Assembly (NCBI GenBank): GCA_965203055.1
Contig: OZ241863.1
Location: 2,592,001-2,656,000, forward strand
Reading direction: 5' to 3'
Length of the DNA: 64,000 nucleotides
Source: Spirochaetia bacterium
Lineage (GTDB): Bacteria > Spirochaetota > Spirochaetia > SZUA-6 > Bin103
The notes beneath the pieces were generated by a model. That model worked only from the letters and a program-made list of their open reading frames with translations. It made no database searches and had not been told where the DNA came from. This document shows positions 27,838 through 38,012 of the stretch, one piece after another. The position numbers and the translations under genes were made by a program. Positions within the stretch are counted from its first letter, which is position 1, and every line of letters starts with the position of its first letter.

Positions 27838-28613
27838 TCGACGCGCTGGTTGCCCTGCCGGCGCACACGCGCAGCCGACTGGCGCTGGCGCTCGACTCCG
27901 GCCTGCTCGCTCCGCCCTACTCGGCGGTCGCCGTCCGCGCCGCGGTCGGCCGCGGCCACCAGGACGCCATCCTGCAGGTGCTCCGGGAGTGGGAGCGCCG
28001 CGGCGTCACGCCGGCGGCGGGCGCCCTCTGGCTGCGCAGCCTGGCGCGCGCCGCCGGCCAGGCGCCGGCGCCCGACTTCGTCTGGACCGGCCCGGCAGTC
28101 GCCGGCCTGCACGCGCGCGACACGCGCCGGGTGTACGACGAGCTGATCGGCGCCGCGCGCCGTTCGATCTGGGTATGCAGCTACGCCTTCTTCGACGGGC
28201 CGCGCGCGTTCGCGACCCTGGCGCGGCGTCTGGACGCAGACCCGCGGCTCGACGTGACGCTGCTGCTCAACATCGAACGCCGGCGCGGCGACACGACCGC
28301 GGCCGCCAGCCTGGTGCGCCGCTTCGCGGACCGGTTCTGGGGCGAGTCGTGGCCGGGCGAGGCGCGCCCGCGGGTCTACTACGACCCGCGTTCGGTGGCC
28401 GATGACGGTCCCGCCGGCGTGCTCCACGCCAAGGCGGTGGTGGCCGACGGCGAGGCGGTGTTCGTCACCTCCGCGAACCTCACCGAGGCGGCGCTCGACC
28501 GCAATATAGAGATGGGACTCCTGATCCGGGACCGCACGCTGGCCGAGACCGCGGTGCTGCACTTCCGCACGCTGATCGAACAGGGCCTGCTGCGGCTGCT
28601 GCCACCCGCCTAG
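27834..28613 (+). CDS. drmC: DISARM phospholipase D-family nuclease DrmC
   Basis: VWTGP, LHAKAVVAD (HKD), TSANLT, RNIEMG; GTGA overlap with drmB. Confidence 0.9.
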   Translation: MIDALVALPAHTRSRLALALDSGLLAPPYSAVAVRAAVGRGHQDAILQVLREWERRGVTPAAGALWLRSLARAAGQAPAPDFVWTGPAVAGLHARDTRRVYDELIGAARRSIWVCSYAFFDGPRAFATLARRLDADPRLDVTLLLNIERRRGDTTAAASLVRRFADRFWGESWPGEARPRVYYDPRSVADDGPAGVLHAKAVVADGEAVFVTSANLTEAALDRNIEMGLLIRDRTLAETAVLHFRTLIEQGLLRLLPPA

Positions 28614-28735
28614 CCTGCCGGCCCGGTCACGCGGGCTGCGCGAGGTCACGGAATCAACTTCCGCGACAAGTGGGTCTGGTCCGGGGTGGCCTCCGCAGGC
28701 TTGCGACGTGGGGCGCCAAACGGTACGTTGAAGAG

Positions 28736-29101
28736 GTGAGCTACGCAAACTCGGCCACCTGGGAGGCTGAACACAGCGCCGCCGAGGTACAGGACGCGTT
28801 CACTGACGCACAGCAAGAGGCGGAGCGGATCAAAAAGAAGTTCGTAGCAAACCTGCCACCAGGCTCACCAGCTTACGACGCCGAGTGGACCACCCGCTAC
28901 GGCAGTGAGGATCGGTTGATCTTCGTGTTTTCGGTAGTGCTTGATCTTGAAGAGGATTTCGACCTGGAGGACTACCCCTACGAGGCGGCACAGAACGCCA
29001 CTGAGGATCTGCGGCGGCTCTTGGTAGGAACCAAGGTCGACGCCTGGGGTGTCTACGTAGTTTCAGTGACAAGCAAGCCTAGATCGTTACCCGATGATTG
29101 A
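28736..29101 (+). CDS. Acidic hypothetical protein, possible antitoxin partner of the HEPN remnant
   Basis: Lower-GC ORF whose end overlaps the ATG at 29094; start uncertain. Confidence 0.5.
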   Translation: MSYANSATWEAEHSAAEVQDAFTDAQQEAERIKKKFVANLPPGSPAYDAEWTTRYGSEDRLIFVFSVVLDLEEDFDLEDYPYEAAQNATEDLRRLLVGTKVDAWGVYVVSVTSKPRSLPDD

Positions 29102-29198
29102 CCCCACCGAGCTTCTCAAGCATGCGAAGGAGCTTGTGCCTACGGGGAGAGGACGCCCGCCGAACGCGGCTCTCCGCCGCGGGATCAGTGCGGCGTAG
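29094..29198 (+). pseudogene. Truncated HEPN-family gene remnant
   Basis: MIDPTELLKHAKELVPTGRGRPPNAALRRGISAA* resembles the HEPN N-terminal LRRA(I/V)SxAYY motif, with the stop where YY is expected. Confidence 0.55.
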
Positions 29199-29254
29199 CG
29201 TCAAGTACTACTACCCACCGATTTGGCCGGCTATACTTGGGCTAAGCTGAAACA

Positions 29255-30238
29255 GTGGGGGGATCCGGGTACGATCAGGTGGGGCTGTTGCGGCTGCGCG
29301 CTCGGCTCAACCGTTGCGTGCGGCGCTTCTTCGAGGGCGCCGGCTTCGTCGAGGTGGAGACGCCGCTGCTGGCGCCGTGGTTGATTCCCGAGCCCTCCAT
29401 CGCCATCTTCGCCACCGAGCAGCGCCACGCCGGCGGCGCCTCCCGGCCCCTCTACCTGACGCCGTCGCCCGAGTTGTGGATGAAGCGGCTGGTGGCCGCC
29501 GGCTTGCCGCGGGTCTACCAACTGGCGCGCTCGTTCCGCAACGTCGAGGAGCAGGGCGCGTTCCACCGGCACGAGTTCACCATGCTGGAGTGGTACGCCG
29601 CCGACGAGAGCTACCACGACGCGCTGGCGCGCACCGAGCGACTCCTGGCAGCCCTGCGGGCGGAAATGGAGCCGGACGCCCTGCCCTCCCCCGGCACGCG
29701 CCCGCCCCTGCAGCGGGTATCGATGGCGCGCCTGTGGCAGGAGGAGCTGGGCCTCGACCCGGCGCGCGCCTCGGCCGCGGAGCTGCGGGCCGCCGCCCGC
29801 CGGCTGGAGCTCCCGGTGGCCGCCGGCGACACCTGGGAGCAGCTCTTCAATCGCATCTTCCTCACCTGCGTCGAGCCGCTCATCGCCAGGGATCGCCCGG
29901 TGGCGGTGCTCGACTACCCGGCGCGGATTCCCACGCTGGCGCAGACCGCTCCCGACGGCGTGCACGCCCGCCGCTGGGAGCTCTATCTGGCCGGCATCGA
30001 GGTGGCCAACTGCTTCCAGGAGGAGACCGACGCGGCGGCGTTGGACGCGCTGCTGGCGCGCGAGGCGCGGCGCCAGGCGGCGGCGCGGGTCGTGCCGCCG
30101 CCCGATCGGGAGCTGGCGCGGGCATTCGCTCCGGCGGGCGCCTGCTCCGGCGTGGCGGTCGGCCTGGACCGGCTCTACGCGCTGCTGCTCGGGCTCCCCG
30201 CCATCAGCCCCGTCATGGCCTGCGCCGAGCTGTTCTGA
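29255..30238 (+). CDS. epmA: EF-P lysine aminoacylase (EpmA/GenX/PoxA)
   Basis: FVEVETP, LYLTPSPELWMKRL, FRNVE, EFTMLEWY, RWELY..GIEVAN, GVAVGLDRL; adjacent to efp. Confidence 0.9.
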   Translation: MGGSGYDQVGLLRLRARLNRCVRRFFEGAGFVEVETPLLAPWLIPEPSIAIFATEQRHAGGASRPLYLTPSPELWMKRLVAAGLPRVYQLARSFRNVEEQGAFHRHEFTMLEWYAADESYHDALARTERLLAALRAEMEPDALPSPGTRPPLQRVSMARLWQEELGLDPARASAAELRAAARRLELPVAAGDTWEQLFNRIFLTCVEPLIARDRPVAVLDYPARIPTLAQTAPDGVHARRWELYLAGIEVANCFQEETDAAALDALLAREARRQAAARVVPPPDRELARAFAPAGACSGVAVGLDRLYALLLGLPAISPVMACAELF

Positions 30239-30286
30239 ACGCCGCGCCGCGGCGAGCGCATCATTCATGCTATGGTCGCGCCAGCA

Positions 30287-30853
30287 ATGGTAAAGGCAGG
30301 CGCAGTCGACAAGGGCATGTATCTGCTCGTGAAGGGCACTCCGCACCTCGTGGCGGAGCGCGAATTCGTCAATCCCGGCAAGGGTTCGGCCTTCGTGCGG
30401 CTCAAGCTGAAGAATATCCAGACCGGCCTGGTGGTGCGGCAGGTGAACAAGAGCCAGGAGTCGCTCGAGGACGTGGAGATCGACACGGTCGCCGCGCAAT
30501 ACCTCTACGACGACGCCGACGGCTACGTATTCATGAACCTGGAGACCTACGATCAATTCGTGGTGCCGCTCAAGGGGCTGGAGGAGCGCCGCCCCTATCT
30601 GCTGGACGGCGAGACCTATCAGATCGTGGTATGGGACGAGAAGCCGCTGGACATCAAGCTGCCGATCAAGATGGCGCTGGCGGTGAAGGACGCCCCTCAC
30701 GCCGAGCGCGGCGACACCGCTACCGGGGCCACCAAAGTGGCTACCACGGTCACCGATCTCAAGGTCAAGGTGCCGCTGTTCATCAAGGATGGAGACCGCA
30801 TCGTGGTGAATACCGATACCGGGGAGTATGTCGAGCGCTCCTCGCAGGAGTAA
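30287..30853 (+). CDS. efp: Elongation factor P
   Basis: VNPGKGSAFVR, FMNLETYDQ, RGDTA, VPLFI, TGEYVER. Confidence 0.97.
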   Translation: MVKAGAVDKGMYLLVKGTPHLVAEREFVNPGKGSAFVRLKLKNIQTGLVVRQVNKSQESLEDVEIDTVAAQYLYDDADGYVFMNLETYDQFVVPLKGLEERRPYLLDGETYQIVVWDEKPLDIKLPIKMALAVKDAPHAERGDTATGATKVATTVTDLKVKVPLFIKDGDRIVVNTDTGEYVERSSQE

Positions 30854-32132
30854 TGCCACTCCCGCCGCCGCAGCCGCAGCATCCGCCCCCGTACTGGGCG
30901 ATTACCTCCACAAGACGGTCGCCTTCCGGTTCGAAGGCCACACCCTGCGGCTGGCGCTGTCACAGTCGCTGTTCAGCAGCTACGACGTAGATACCGGTTC
31001 CCGGCTGCTGCTTGCCAGCGTCGCGCGCCAACTCGCCGCGCAGCCCGGCGAGCAACGCCGCCTGCAATCGATACTCGACCTGGGCTGCGGCACCGGCGTG
31101 CTGGGACTGGCGCTGGCGAAACGGTACGCCGCGGCCTTGACCGCCCGCGACCGGGACGCCCTGGCACTCGCCGTCACGGCTCACAACGCCGCCGCCAACG
31201 GCATCGAGTGCTCCACCCGCGGCGGCCTGGACACCACCGACTTCGACGGCGCGCGAGAACCCGCCGGCTACCAACTGGTGGTGGCCAACCTGCCCGCCAA
31301 GGCGGGCGCCCCGGTGCTGGCGCGGCTGCTGGCGGGCGCGGCGGAGGCGGCCGTCCCCGCCGGACGGGTTGCCGTGGTGGTGGTGGCGAACTTGGCGGAA
31401 GCGGTGCGCCGCGCGTTCAGCGCCGTCGCGGAGCTGATCCACGAACACCGCGGGCGCGGCCACACCGTGTTCCACGGCCGCCCGCGCCGGCCGCCGCTCG
31501 CAGCCGCGCCCGGCGCCGCGCTGGCCGCCTATCGGCGCCACCAGGGGGACGTTGCCGTGGCCGGTCTCAGCTACCCGCTGGCCACCGTGTACGGGCTGCC
31601 CGACTTCGACACCCCCAGCCATCTGACGCAGCTCACGGCGGCGCTCCTGCAGCGCAGCGCCCTGCCCCCCGCCGCGCCGGCGGGGTGCTCGATACTCGCC
31701 TGGAATCCCGGCCAAGGCCACCTGCCGGCGTGGCTGGCCCGGAGGGCGCCGGAGCGCGGCGGGCTGCGCTTCACGCTGGTGAGCCGCGATGCGCTGCAGT
31801 TGCTCGCCGCGCGCGCCAACCTCACCGGCAACGGGGTCGCGGAGGCGGCGCTGACCATGCGCCACGAAGTCGGCCTGCCGCACGGCGCCGAGGCAGATCA
31901 CGATCTGGCCCTGCTGCGTCCCGACGACGACCTGAGCGCCGCCGCCCGGCGCGCCCTGCCGGCGCGGCTGGCGCCCTTGCTGCGACCCGCCGGACAAGTG
32001 GTCCTGTATGGCGGCGCGCCGGCCATCGCGCCGCTGCTGGCGCGGCGCCGGCCGCTCACCCTGGTACGCGAGAGCCGCCGCCGCGCGCTGCGCGCCGCGC
32101 TGCTGCGCGCCCCGACACGGCCCGCTTGCTAG
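30828..32132 (+). CDS. SAM-dependent methyltransferase (RsmC/RlmG-like small-domain family)
   Basis: LFSSYDVDTGSRLLL, ILDLGCGTGVLG, VVANLP; degenerate second MTase-like domain. Confidence 0.75.
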   Translation: MSSAPRRSNATPAAAAAASAPVLGDYLHKTVAFRFEGHTLRLALSQSLFSSYDVDTGSRLLLASVARQLAAQPGEQRRLQSILDLGCGTGVLGLALAKRYAAALTARDRDALALAVTAHNAAANGIECSTRGGLDTTDFDGAREPAGYQLVVANLPAKAGAPVLARLLAGAAEAAVPAGRVAVVVVANLAEAVRRAFSAVAELIHEHRGRGHTVFHGRPRRPPLAAAPGAALAAYRRHQGDVAVAGLSYPLATVYGLPDFDTPSHLTQLTAALLQRSALPPAAPAGCSILAWNPGQGHLPAWLARRAPERGGLRFTLVSRDALQLLAARANLTGNGVAEAALTMRHEVGLPHGAEADHDLALLRPDDDLSAAARRALPARLAPLLRPAGQVVLYGGAPAIAPLLARRRPLTLVRESRRRALRAALLRAPTRPAC

Positions 32133-35100
32133 GGCGCCGGCGCCTGCTCCGAACCTGAAAACTCCTCGGCGGCGCGGCGCGCCCAGCTCGAATCGGGAAA
32201 GCGTTCGTCGAGACGGCGCGCGAACAGGGCCGCGGCGGCATGGTCGCCGGCGTCGCGCTGCGCCAGCGCGCCCCGGAACCAGGCTTCGGCCGCCACCTCC
32301 GGCTGCTCCGCGAAGCGCACCGCGGCGGCGCCGTACTCCTCCGCGGCGGCCGCCGCGGAGCCGGTGCGGGCCAGCACCCGGGCCACGCCCAAGGCGCCCT
32401 GACCGGCGACCGCGACCGGTTCCGCGAGGGCCAGCCCGCGGTAGAGACGTTCGGCCTCGGACCAGCGCTCACCTGCCTCGTAGACTCGGCCCAACAACAG
32501 CAGCGCCGCCGAGCGCACCGCCTCGCTGCCCGCCGCCGCGAGCTGCTCCTGCAGCACCCGCTCGGCGGCGGCGTGGTCGCGGTCCAGCAGCGCCTCGGCA
32601 TAGGCCAGCCGGACCGGTGCCGCCAGCTCCGGGGGCACTGCCGCCTCCGCCGAGGTCGCGCGCCGGTAGTACTGCCGCACCAGGTCCGGTTCCGCGGCCG
32701 CCAGCCCGGCCTGCAGCAGCGCCGCCACCTGCGCGCCGCGCGCGCCCGCGGGATGGTGCAGCAGATAGCTCCACGCCGCTTCCACGCCGGCCGGCCCATC
32801 CTCCAGCTCCGCCAGCACCCCCACCACGGAGTAGCGCGCCAGTTCCGCCATCCCCGGCGCCCAATCCTGCGGCTGGCCGCCGGCCTGCGCGGCGCTGGCC
32901 CGGTAGGCCGCGGCGGCCTCCCGCAGCCGCCCCAGCTCGCGCAGGGTATCCGCCCGCCGCAGGCGCCCCAGGGCGGTGAGCCGATGGTCGGGAAACGCCG
33001 CCTCCAGACGCTGCAGCCAGCCGGCGGCGGCGTCCAGGTCGCCGGCCGCAAGGTGCAGGCGCGCCAGCTCGTAATGAATCGCCGGCCGCAGCGCGTCATC
33101 TGCCGGCACCGCCTCCAGCGCGGCCTGCAGCTCCGCTTCAGCCGCGGCCAGGTCCCGCAGCAGCGCCGAGGCCAGTCCCGCGCGGTACCAGTGCAAGCCC
33201 GGTTCCGCCGCGGCCGCCGCCGGCTCCGCCGCCAGTTCGCGGAACAGGGCGCGCGCCGGCTCCCAGTCGCCGGCGCGAAACAGCGCCAGCGCCTGCCAGC
33301 TACGCGCCGCCGCGGCCGCGCCGACATCCTCCGCCGCCGCCGGCGCCGCCGGCTCCGGGTCCGGCCGCCGGGGGCCGGCGTAGGCCGCGGCGGCCAGGCC
33401 GAAGTACTCCGCGGCCTCCCGCGGCCGTCCCAGGCGATAGAGCGCCGCCGCCTGCGCCAGTCGCCCGGCCGCCAGCCACCGCCCAGCGGCGCCGGCCGCG
33501 ACCTGCTCCAGCACCTCCAGCGCGGCAGCGTAGGCTCCGGTGTTGAAGTAGGTCACGGCCAGCGCGTATCCGGCCCGTTGGCGCAACTCGCCGCCGCCGG
33601 CCGCGGCCAGCGCCTCGCTGAAGAAGGGCGCGGCGCGGGCATACTCGCCGCGCCGCGCGTACACGGCGCCGATGCGGTACTGGCTCTCGGCGCGCGCCGC
33701 CGGCGGGAGCTCGGCTGCGCTCCGCGCCAGGTGCCCGAGCGCGGCAACGTCGTCACCCAGCCACAGCAGCGCGATGCCGCGCCGCAGCTCCTCGGGCGCG
33801 GTCAACCGGCGCCGGGCGGCAATTCGATCCAGCGTTTCGAGCAGTCCCTGATGGTCGCCCGCGCGTTCCTGCACCTCCAGCAGCAAACCCTCCGCGGCCG
33901 GCCGGCGTTCGCTGTCCGGAAAACGCTCCAGGAACTGCTCCAGCGCCGCCGCGGCCGCGGCCAACCGGCCCGCGCCGGCCAGCAGCCGCAGCCGCTCGTA
34001 GAGCGCGACTTCGCTGATGGCGGGGTCAGGGCCGGCGGCGGCCTCTTCGAAGTTGACGATCGCCTGCCGCGGTACGCCGTTTTCGACCAGGGCCAGCGCC
34101 AGGTTGAACGCCAGCACCTGCCGCCGGCGGGGCGCGACCGCGACCGCCAGGCCGGCCTCGTAGGCGGTAACCGCCGCCCTCCAGTCGCCGGCGGCCGCAT
34201 GCACGTCGCCGCTCAGCAGCGCCACCGCGGCCGGGTCGCGGCCCGGCTCCGGCGCGCCGCCGCCCGCCCCGCCCGCCGCGCCGGCCTCCGATTCCAGCTT
34301 CGCTTCCAGCTCCGCCGCCAGGCGGCGCGCGCCGGCCACGTCGCCGGCGTCCAGCAGCAGACCGGCCAGCCGATAGCTGGCGGTACGCCGGTGGGCGGCG
34401 TCGGGGAACAGCTCCAGGTAGCGCCGGTAGGAGGCAGTCGCGGAGGTGGTCTCGGCGGCGAAGTGCTGCGCCTCGGCAACGAAGAACAGCGCTTCCTGCG
34501 CCTGCGGCGCTTGCGGGTGATCGGCGAGGATGCGCCGGAAGCGCTGCGCCGCGGCCGGGTAGCTGCCTTGCGCCAGCAACAGCGCGCCGGAGCGCTCCAG
34601 CCAGCGGGCAGTGGCCGCGGGCTCCGCGGCCGGGCCGGCCGCGGCAAGCAGCTCCTCGTAGCGGTCAAGCGCCTCCGGCGCGCGCCCGAGTCGCTCCAGG
34701 GCCTCCGCTTCCGCTTCGCGCGCCAGCAGCGCGTAGGGCGGCGGTTCGGCTTGCGGCTGACTCAGGTGGCGCTGCAGCGCGGTAAGCGCGCCGCCCGCAT
34801 CTCCCGCGGCCAGGCGCGCCGCGCCAACCCAGTACCAGAGCTGGTCGCCGTAGGGCGAGTCGGGGAACTGCCGTTGGTGGGCGGCGAACCGCTGCGCAGC
34901 GCTGCCGGCAGCCGCAGGGTCGGCCACGTCCGCGGCAAGGGCGCCGTAGAATAGGCTCAGCGCCTCCAGAAACGATGCCGGAACCGCCTCCCGCGCCCCC
35001 GGCGCGGTGTTCAGCAGCGTCCGAAAATTGCGGGCCGCAACCTCGTACAGGCCGGCTTCGAAGGCCTCGATGCCATCGTCGAAGAGCTCCGCCGGCGGCT

Positions 35101-35209
35101 GTTGCGCCGCGGCGAGCGCGGCTGACAGCCACGCCAGGACGACCGCCGCCCGGCGCCCGACCGCGGCGGCCGGGCGCCGGGCGCGGCAACCGCTACTCCT
35201 GACCGGCAC
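32129..35209 (-). CDS. Secreted tetratricopeptide-repeat protein
   Basis: Signal peptide-like N-terminus; repeated A..F..FP.S/ALF..A TPR helices (CpoB/BamD-like). Confidence 0.8.
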   Translation of the reverse strand: MPVRSSGCRARRPAAAVGRRAAVVLAWLSAALAAAQQPPAELFDDGIEAFEAGLYEVAARNFRTLLNTAPGAREAVPASFLEALSLFYGALAADVADPAAAGSAAQRFAAHQRQFPDSPYGDQLWYWVGAARLAAGDAGGALTALQRHLSQPQAEPPPYALLAREAEAEALERLGRAPEALDRYEELLAAAGPAAEPAATARWLERSGALLLAQGSYPAAAQRFRRILADHPQAPQAQEALFFVAEAQHFAAETTSATASYRRYLELFPDAAHRRTASYRLAGLLLDAGDVAGARRLAAELEAKLESEAGAAGGAGGGAPEPGRDPAAVALLSGDVHAAAGDWRAAVTAYEAGLAVAVAPRRRQVLAFNLALALVENGVPRQAIVNFEEAAAGPDPAISEVALYERLRLLAGAGRLAAAAAALEQFLERFPDSERRPAAEGLLLEVQERAGDHQGLLETLDRIAARRRLTAPEELRRGIALLWLGDDVAALGHLARSAAELPPAARAESQYRIGAVYARRGEYARAAPFFSEALAAAGGGELRQRAGYALAVTYFNTGAYAAALEVLEQVAAGAAGRWLAAGRLAQAAALYRLGRPREAAEYFGLAAAAYAGPRRPDPEPAAPAAAEDVGAAAAARSWQALALFRAGDWEPARALFRELAAEPAAAAAEPGLHWYRAGLASALLRDLAAAEAELQAALEAVPADDALRPAIHYELARLHLAAGDLDAAAGWLQRLEAAFPDHRLTALGRLRRADTLRELGRLREAAAAYRASAAQAGGQPQDWAPGMAELARYSVVGVLAELEDGPAGVEAAWSYLLHHPAGARGAQVAALLQAGLAAAEPDLVRQYYRRATSAEAAVPPELAAPVRLAYAEALLDRDHAAAERVLQEQLAAAGSEAVRSAALLLLGRVYEAGERWSEAERLYRGLALAEPVAVAGQGALGVARVLARTGSAAAAAEEYGAAAVRFAEQPEVAAEAWFRGALAQRDAGDHAAAALFARRLDERFPDSSWARRAAEEFSGSEQAPAP

Positions 35210-37718
35210 CTACCAGTTCAGGGGTCCGGCTGCGGGATGTGGCCTTGGCGGCAGTCGTGCGCCGGCGCCGGAACAACAACTTGCCGTCCCTGACATACGC
35301 AATCGCGGTGCTCCCCGGCAGGAAACGCCCCTTGAGGATGTCCAGCGACAACGGATCTTCGATATCCTTTTGCAGCACCCGGCGCAGCGGTCGCGCGCCA
35401 TACTTCGGGTCGTAGCCCTTCTCCATCAAGTACTCGCGCGCGTCCTTGCGCACCTCGAGATTGATCTGCTGATCGTCGAGACGGGCGCGCACTTCCTGCA
35501 ACTCCAGTTCCAGGATCTGCTCCAACTGCGCCTTGCTCAAGGCGTGGAACACGACCGACTCGTCGATGCGATTCAGGAACTCGGGGCTGAACAGGCGCTT
35601 CATCTCGGCCAGCACGTGCGACTTGATCTCGGAGAACTGCTTGCCCCCGGGCGTCACCTGGAATCCCAGCGCCGAGTCCGTGCTGATCTCGCGGGCGCCG
35701 GCGTTCGAGGTCATGATCAGCACCGTGTTGCGGAATGACACCGTATGGCCAAGCTGGTCCTGAAGCTGCCCCTCCTCCAGCACCTGCAACAACAGGTTGA
35801 ACACGTCAGGGTGCGCCTTTTCGATTTCGTCCAGCAGGATCACGCTGTAGGGCCGCCGGCGGATGCGCTCGGTGAGCATGCCGCCCTCCTCGTAGCCGAC
35901 GTAGCCCGGCGGCGCGCCCACCAGCCGCGAAACATTGTGCTTCTCCATGAAGTCCGACATGTCGATGCGGACCAGGGCCTCTTCATTGCCGAACAGAAAT
36001 TCGGCCAAGGTCTTGGCTACCAGCGTCTTGCCGACCCCGGTCGGGCCCAGGAACACGAACGAGCCGAGCGGCCGGCGCGGCGATGAGAGACCGGTGCGGG
36101 AACGCCGGATGGCCGCGGCAATCACCGCAATCGCCTCATCCTGTCCCACCACCCGCTGGTGCAGTTCATCCTCGATGTTGAGCAGCCGTTCCGATTCGGT
36201 CTGCACGATCCGCGCCAACGGGATGCCGGTGATCTCCGAAATCACGTGCTGGATATCTTCCACGTCCACCAGCCGCTGCTCCGATTGCATGTTCTTTTGC
36301 CACTTCTTCTTGCGGGCGTCGAGATCGGTCTTGAGTTGGCGCACCTGGTCGCGCACCTTGGCCGCCTTCTCATAATTCTGGCTGTTCACCAAGTTGCTCT
36401 TCTCGATGGTGAGGCGTTCGATCTTCGAATCCAGATCGGTCAGCTCCTTGGGCCGGGCGCTGTTGTCGATCCGCTTGCGGGCTCCGGCCTCATCCAGCAG
36501 ATCGATTGCCTTGTCCGGCAGGTGCCGGTCGCTGATGTAGCGCTGCGACAGTTGCGCGGCCGATTCCAGCGCATCGTAGGTGTATACCACCTGATGGTGC
36601 GCGGCGTAGCGCTCCTTGATGCCCTTGAGAATCTCGATGGTGTCTTCGACCTCCGGTTCCTCCACGAAAACGGCCTGAAAACGCCGCTCCAGCGCGGCGT
36701 CGCGCTCGATGTACTTGCGGAACTCGTTGAGCGTGGTGGCGCCGATGCACTGCAACTCGCCGCGCGACAGCGCCGGCTTGAGCATGTTGGAAGCATCGAT
36801 GGCGCCTTCCGCGCCGCCCGCCCCGATGATGGTGTGCAGCTCGTCGATGAACAGCACCACGTTGCCGCTGCCGGTGATTTCCTTCATCACCCGCTTGAGG
36901 CGCTCCTCGAACTCGCCGCGGTACTTGGTTCCGGCCACTATGGAGGCAAGGTCCAGGGTCAGCACGCGGCGCCCGTGGAGCACGTCGGGGGCGGTGCCGT
37001 TCACCACCTTCTGCGCCAACCCCTCGACGATCGCGGTCTTCCCGACCCCGGGTTCGCCGATCAGCACCGGGTTGTTCTTGGTGCGGCGCGCCAGAATCTG
37101 AATCACCCGTTGAATCTCCCGGGTGCGGCCAATGACCGGATCCAGCTTGCCCTCCCGCGCCAGGCTGGTGAGATCGCGGCTGAACTCGTCCAGCGTCGGC
37201 GTCGGCTTGCGCGCGGAACCCTGGCTGCGCCGGCGCGATCCGCTGCCGCTGCCGCCGCTGCGCTGCTGCTGCGCTTCGCCGACTCCGTTGATGCGGATCA
37301 CGGCTTCGCGCAGCATGTTGGGCGTGACGTTGAACTTCTGCAGATAGCGCAGCACCACCCCTTCGCGCTCGCGCGCCGCGGCCAGCAGGAAGTGTTCGGT
37401 GCCAATCAGCTCGTGGCCCATGCTGGACGCCTCGTCGGCGGAGGTCTCCAGCATCTTGCGGGTGCGCTTGGAAGCCGGCACGTCGCCGAGAATCAGACCG
37501 CCGGTTCCCTTCGGCACCGAGCGCTCGATCTCCAACTGCATCTCGGCGACGTTGATCTTGGCGCGCTGCAGCGCCTTTACCGCAACCCCTTCGCCATCCT
37601 TGAGCAACGCCAGGATCACGTGTTCCGGCAACGACTGCTCCGAATGAAACCGTTTGGCCTCTTCCTGAGCGAGGATGGTGAGGACCTTGTGAGCCCGTTG
37701 CGTCAAACCCTTAAACAT
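35193..37718 (-). CDS. clpC: ATP-dependent Clp protease ATP-binding subunit ClpC
   Basis: Clp N repeats, [19 protein letters not shown]-like middle domain, [25 protein letters not shown]. Confidence 0.95.
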   Translation of the reverse strand: MFKGLTQRAHKVLTILAQEEAKRFHSEQSLPEHVILALLKDGEGVAVKALQRAKINVAEMQLEIERSVPKGTGGLILGDVPASKRTRKMLETSADEASSMGHELIGTEHFLLAAAREREGVVLRYLQKFNVTPNMLREAVIRINGVGEAQQQRSGGSGSGSRRRSQGSARKPTPTLDEFSRDLTSLAREGKLDPVIGRTREIQRVIQILARRTKNNPVLIGEPGVGKTAIVEGLAQKVVNGTAPDVLHGRRVLTLDLASIVAGTKYRGEFEERLKRVMKEITGSGNVVLFIDELHTIIGAGGAEGAIDASNMLKPALSRGELQCIGATTLNEFRKYIERDAALERRFQAVFVEEPEVEDTIEILKGIKERYAAHHQVVYTYDALESAAQLSQRYISDRHLPDKAIDLLDEAGARKRIDNSARPKELTDLDSKIERLTIEKSNLVNSQNYEKAAKVRDQVRQLKTDLDARKKKWQKNMQSEQRLVDVEDIQHVISEITGIPLARIVQTESERLLNIEDELHQRVVGQDEAIAVIAAAIRRSRTGLSSPRRPLGSFVFLGPTGVGKTLVAKTLAEFLFGNEEALVRIDMSDFMEKHNVSRLVGAPPGYVGYEEGGMLTERIRRRPYSVILLDEIEKAHPDVFNLLLQVLEEGQLQDQLGHTVSFRNTVLIMTSNAGAREISTDSALGFQVTPGGKQFSEIKSHVLAEMKRLFSPEFLNRIDESVVFHALSKAQLEQILELELQEVRARLDDQQINLEVRKDAREYLMEKGYDPKYGARPLRRVLQKDIEDPLSLDILKGRFLPGSTAIAYVRDGKLLFRRRRTTAAKATSRSRTPELVGAGQE

Positions 37719-37982
37719 GGTCCGGTTCCCGTTGCGTGAGTACTGTTCCGAGGCGCGGCGCGCAGGCATGGCATTGCCGTGCTCGAACTTGTCGGTGTGC
37801 TACCACTGGTAAACGGCTCCTTCGTGGATCGTGGCTCGATGCGCAGTGACGAACGACGGCCGCCGGCGGCTGCCGCGGCCCGTGCGCTGTTGGCGTGAGG
37901 AGCGCCATAGCGCCGTTATAGTGCATGCCGCGCTGCCAATCAAGAGGCCGAGCAAAAACCAGGCCGGCCGGCGGCGGCCCGG

Positions 37983-38012
37983 CGCCCGCCTTCGCCCGCC
38001 TTCGCCCGCCTT
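37983..38012. repeat. 10-bp tandem repeat x3 (cgcccgcctt)
   Basis: Three perfect copies at the 3' end of the permease gene. Confidence 0.7.

Noticed and set aside
29196..29206. tagcgtcaag as a possible IS/MITE end that disrupted the HEPN gene
   Set aside because: No matching second end or transposase found; too short to support
37720..38010. Possible ncRNA or CtsR/HrcA operator upstream of clpC
   Set aside because: No recognisable RNA family, CtsR heptad repeat or CIRCE element; only a 10-bp x3 repeat
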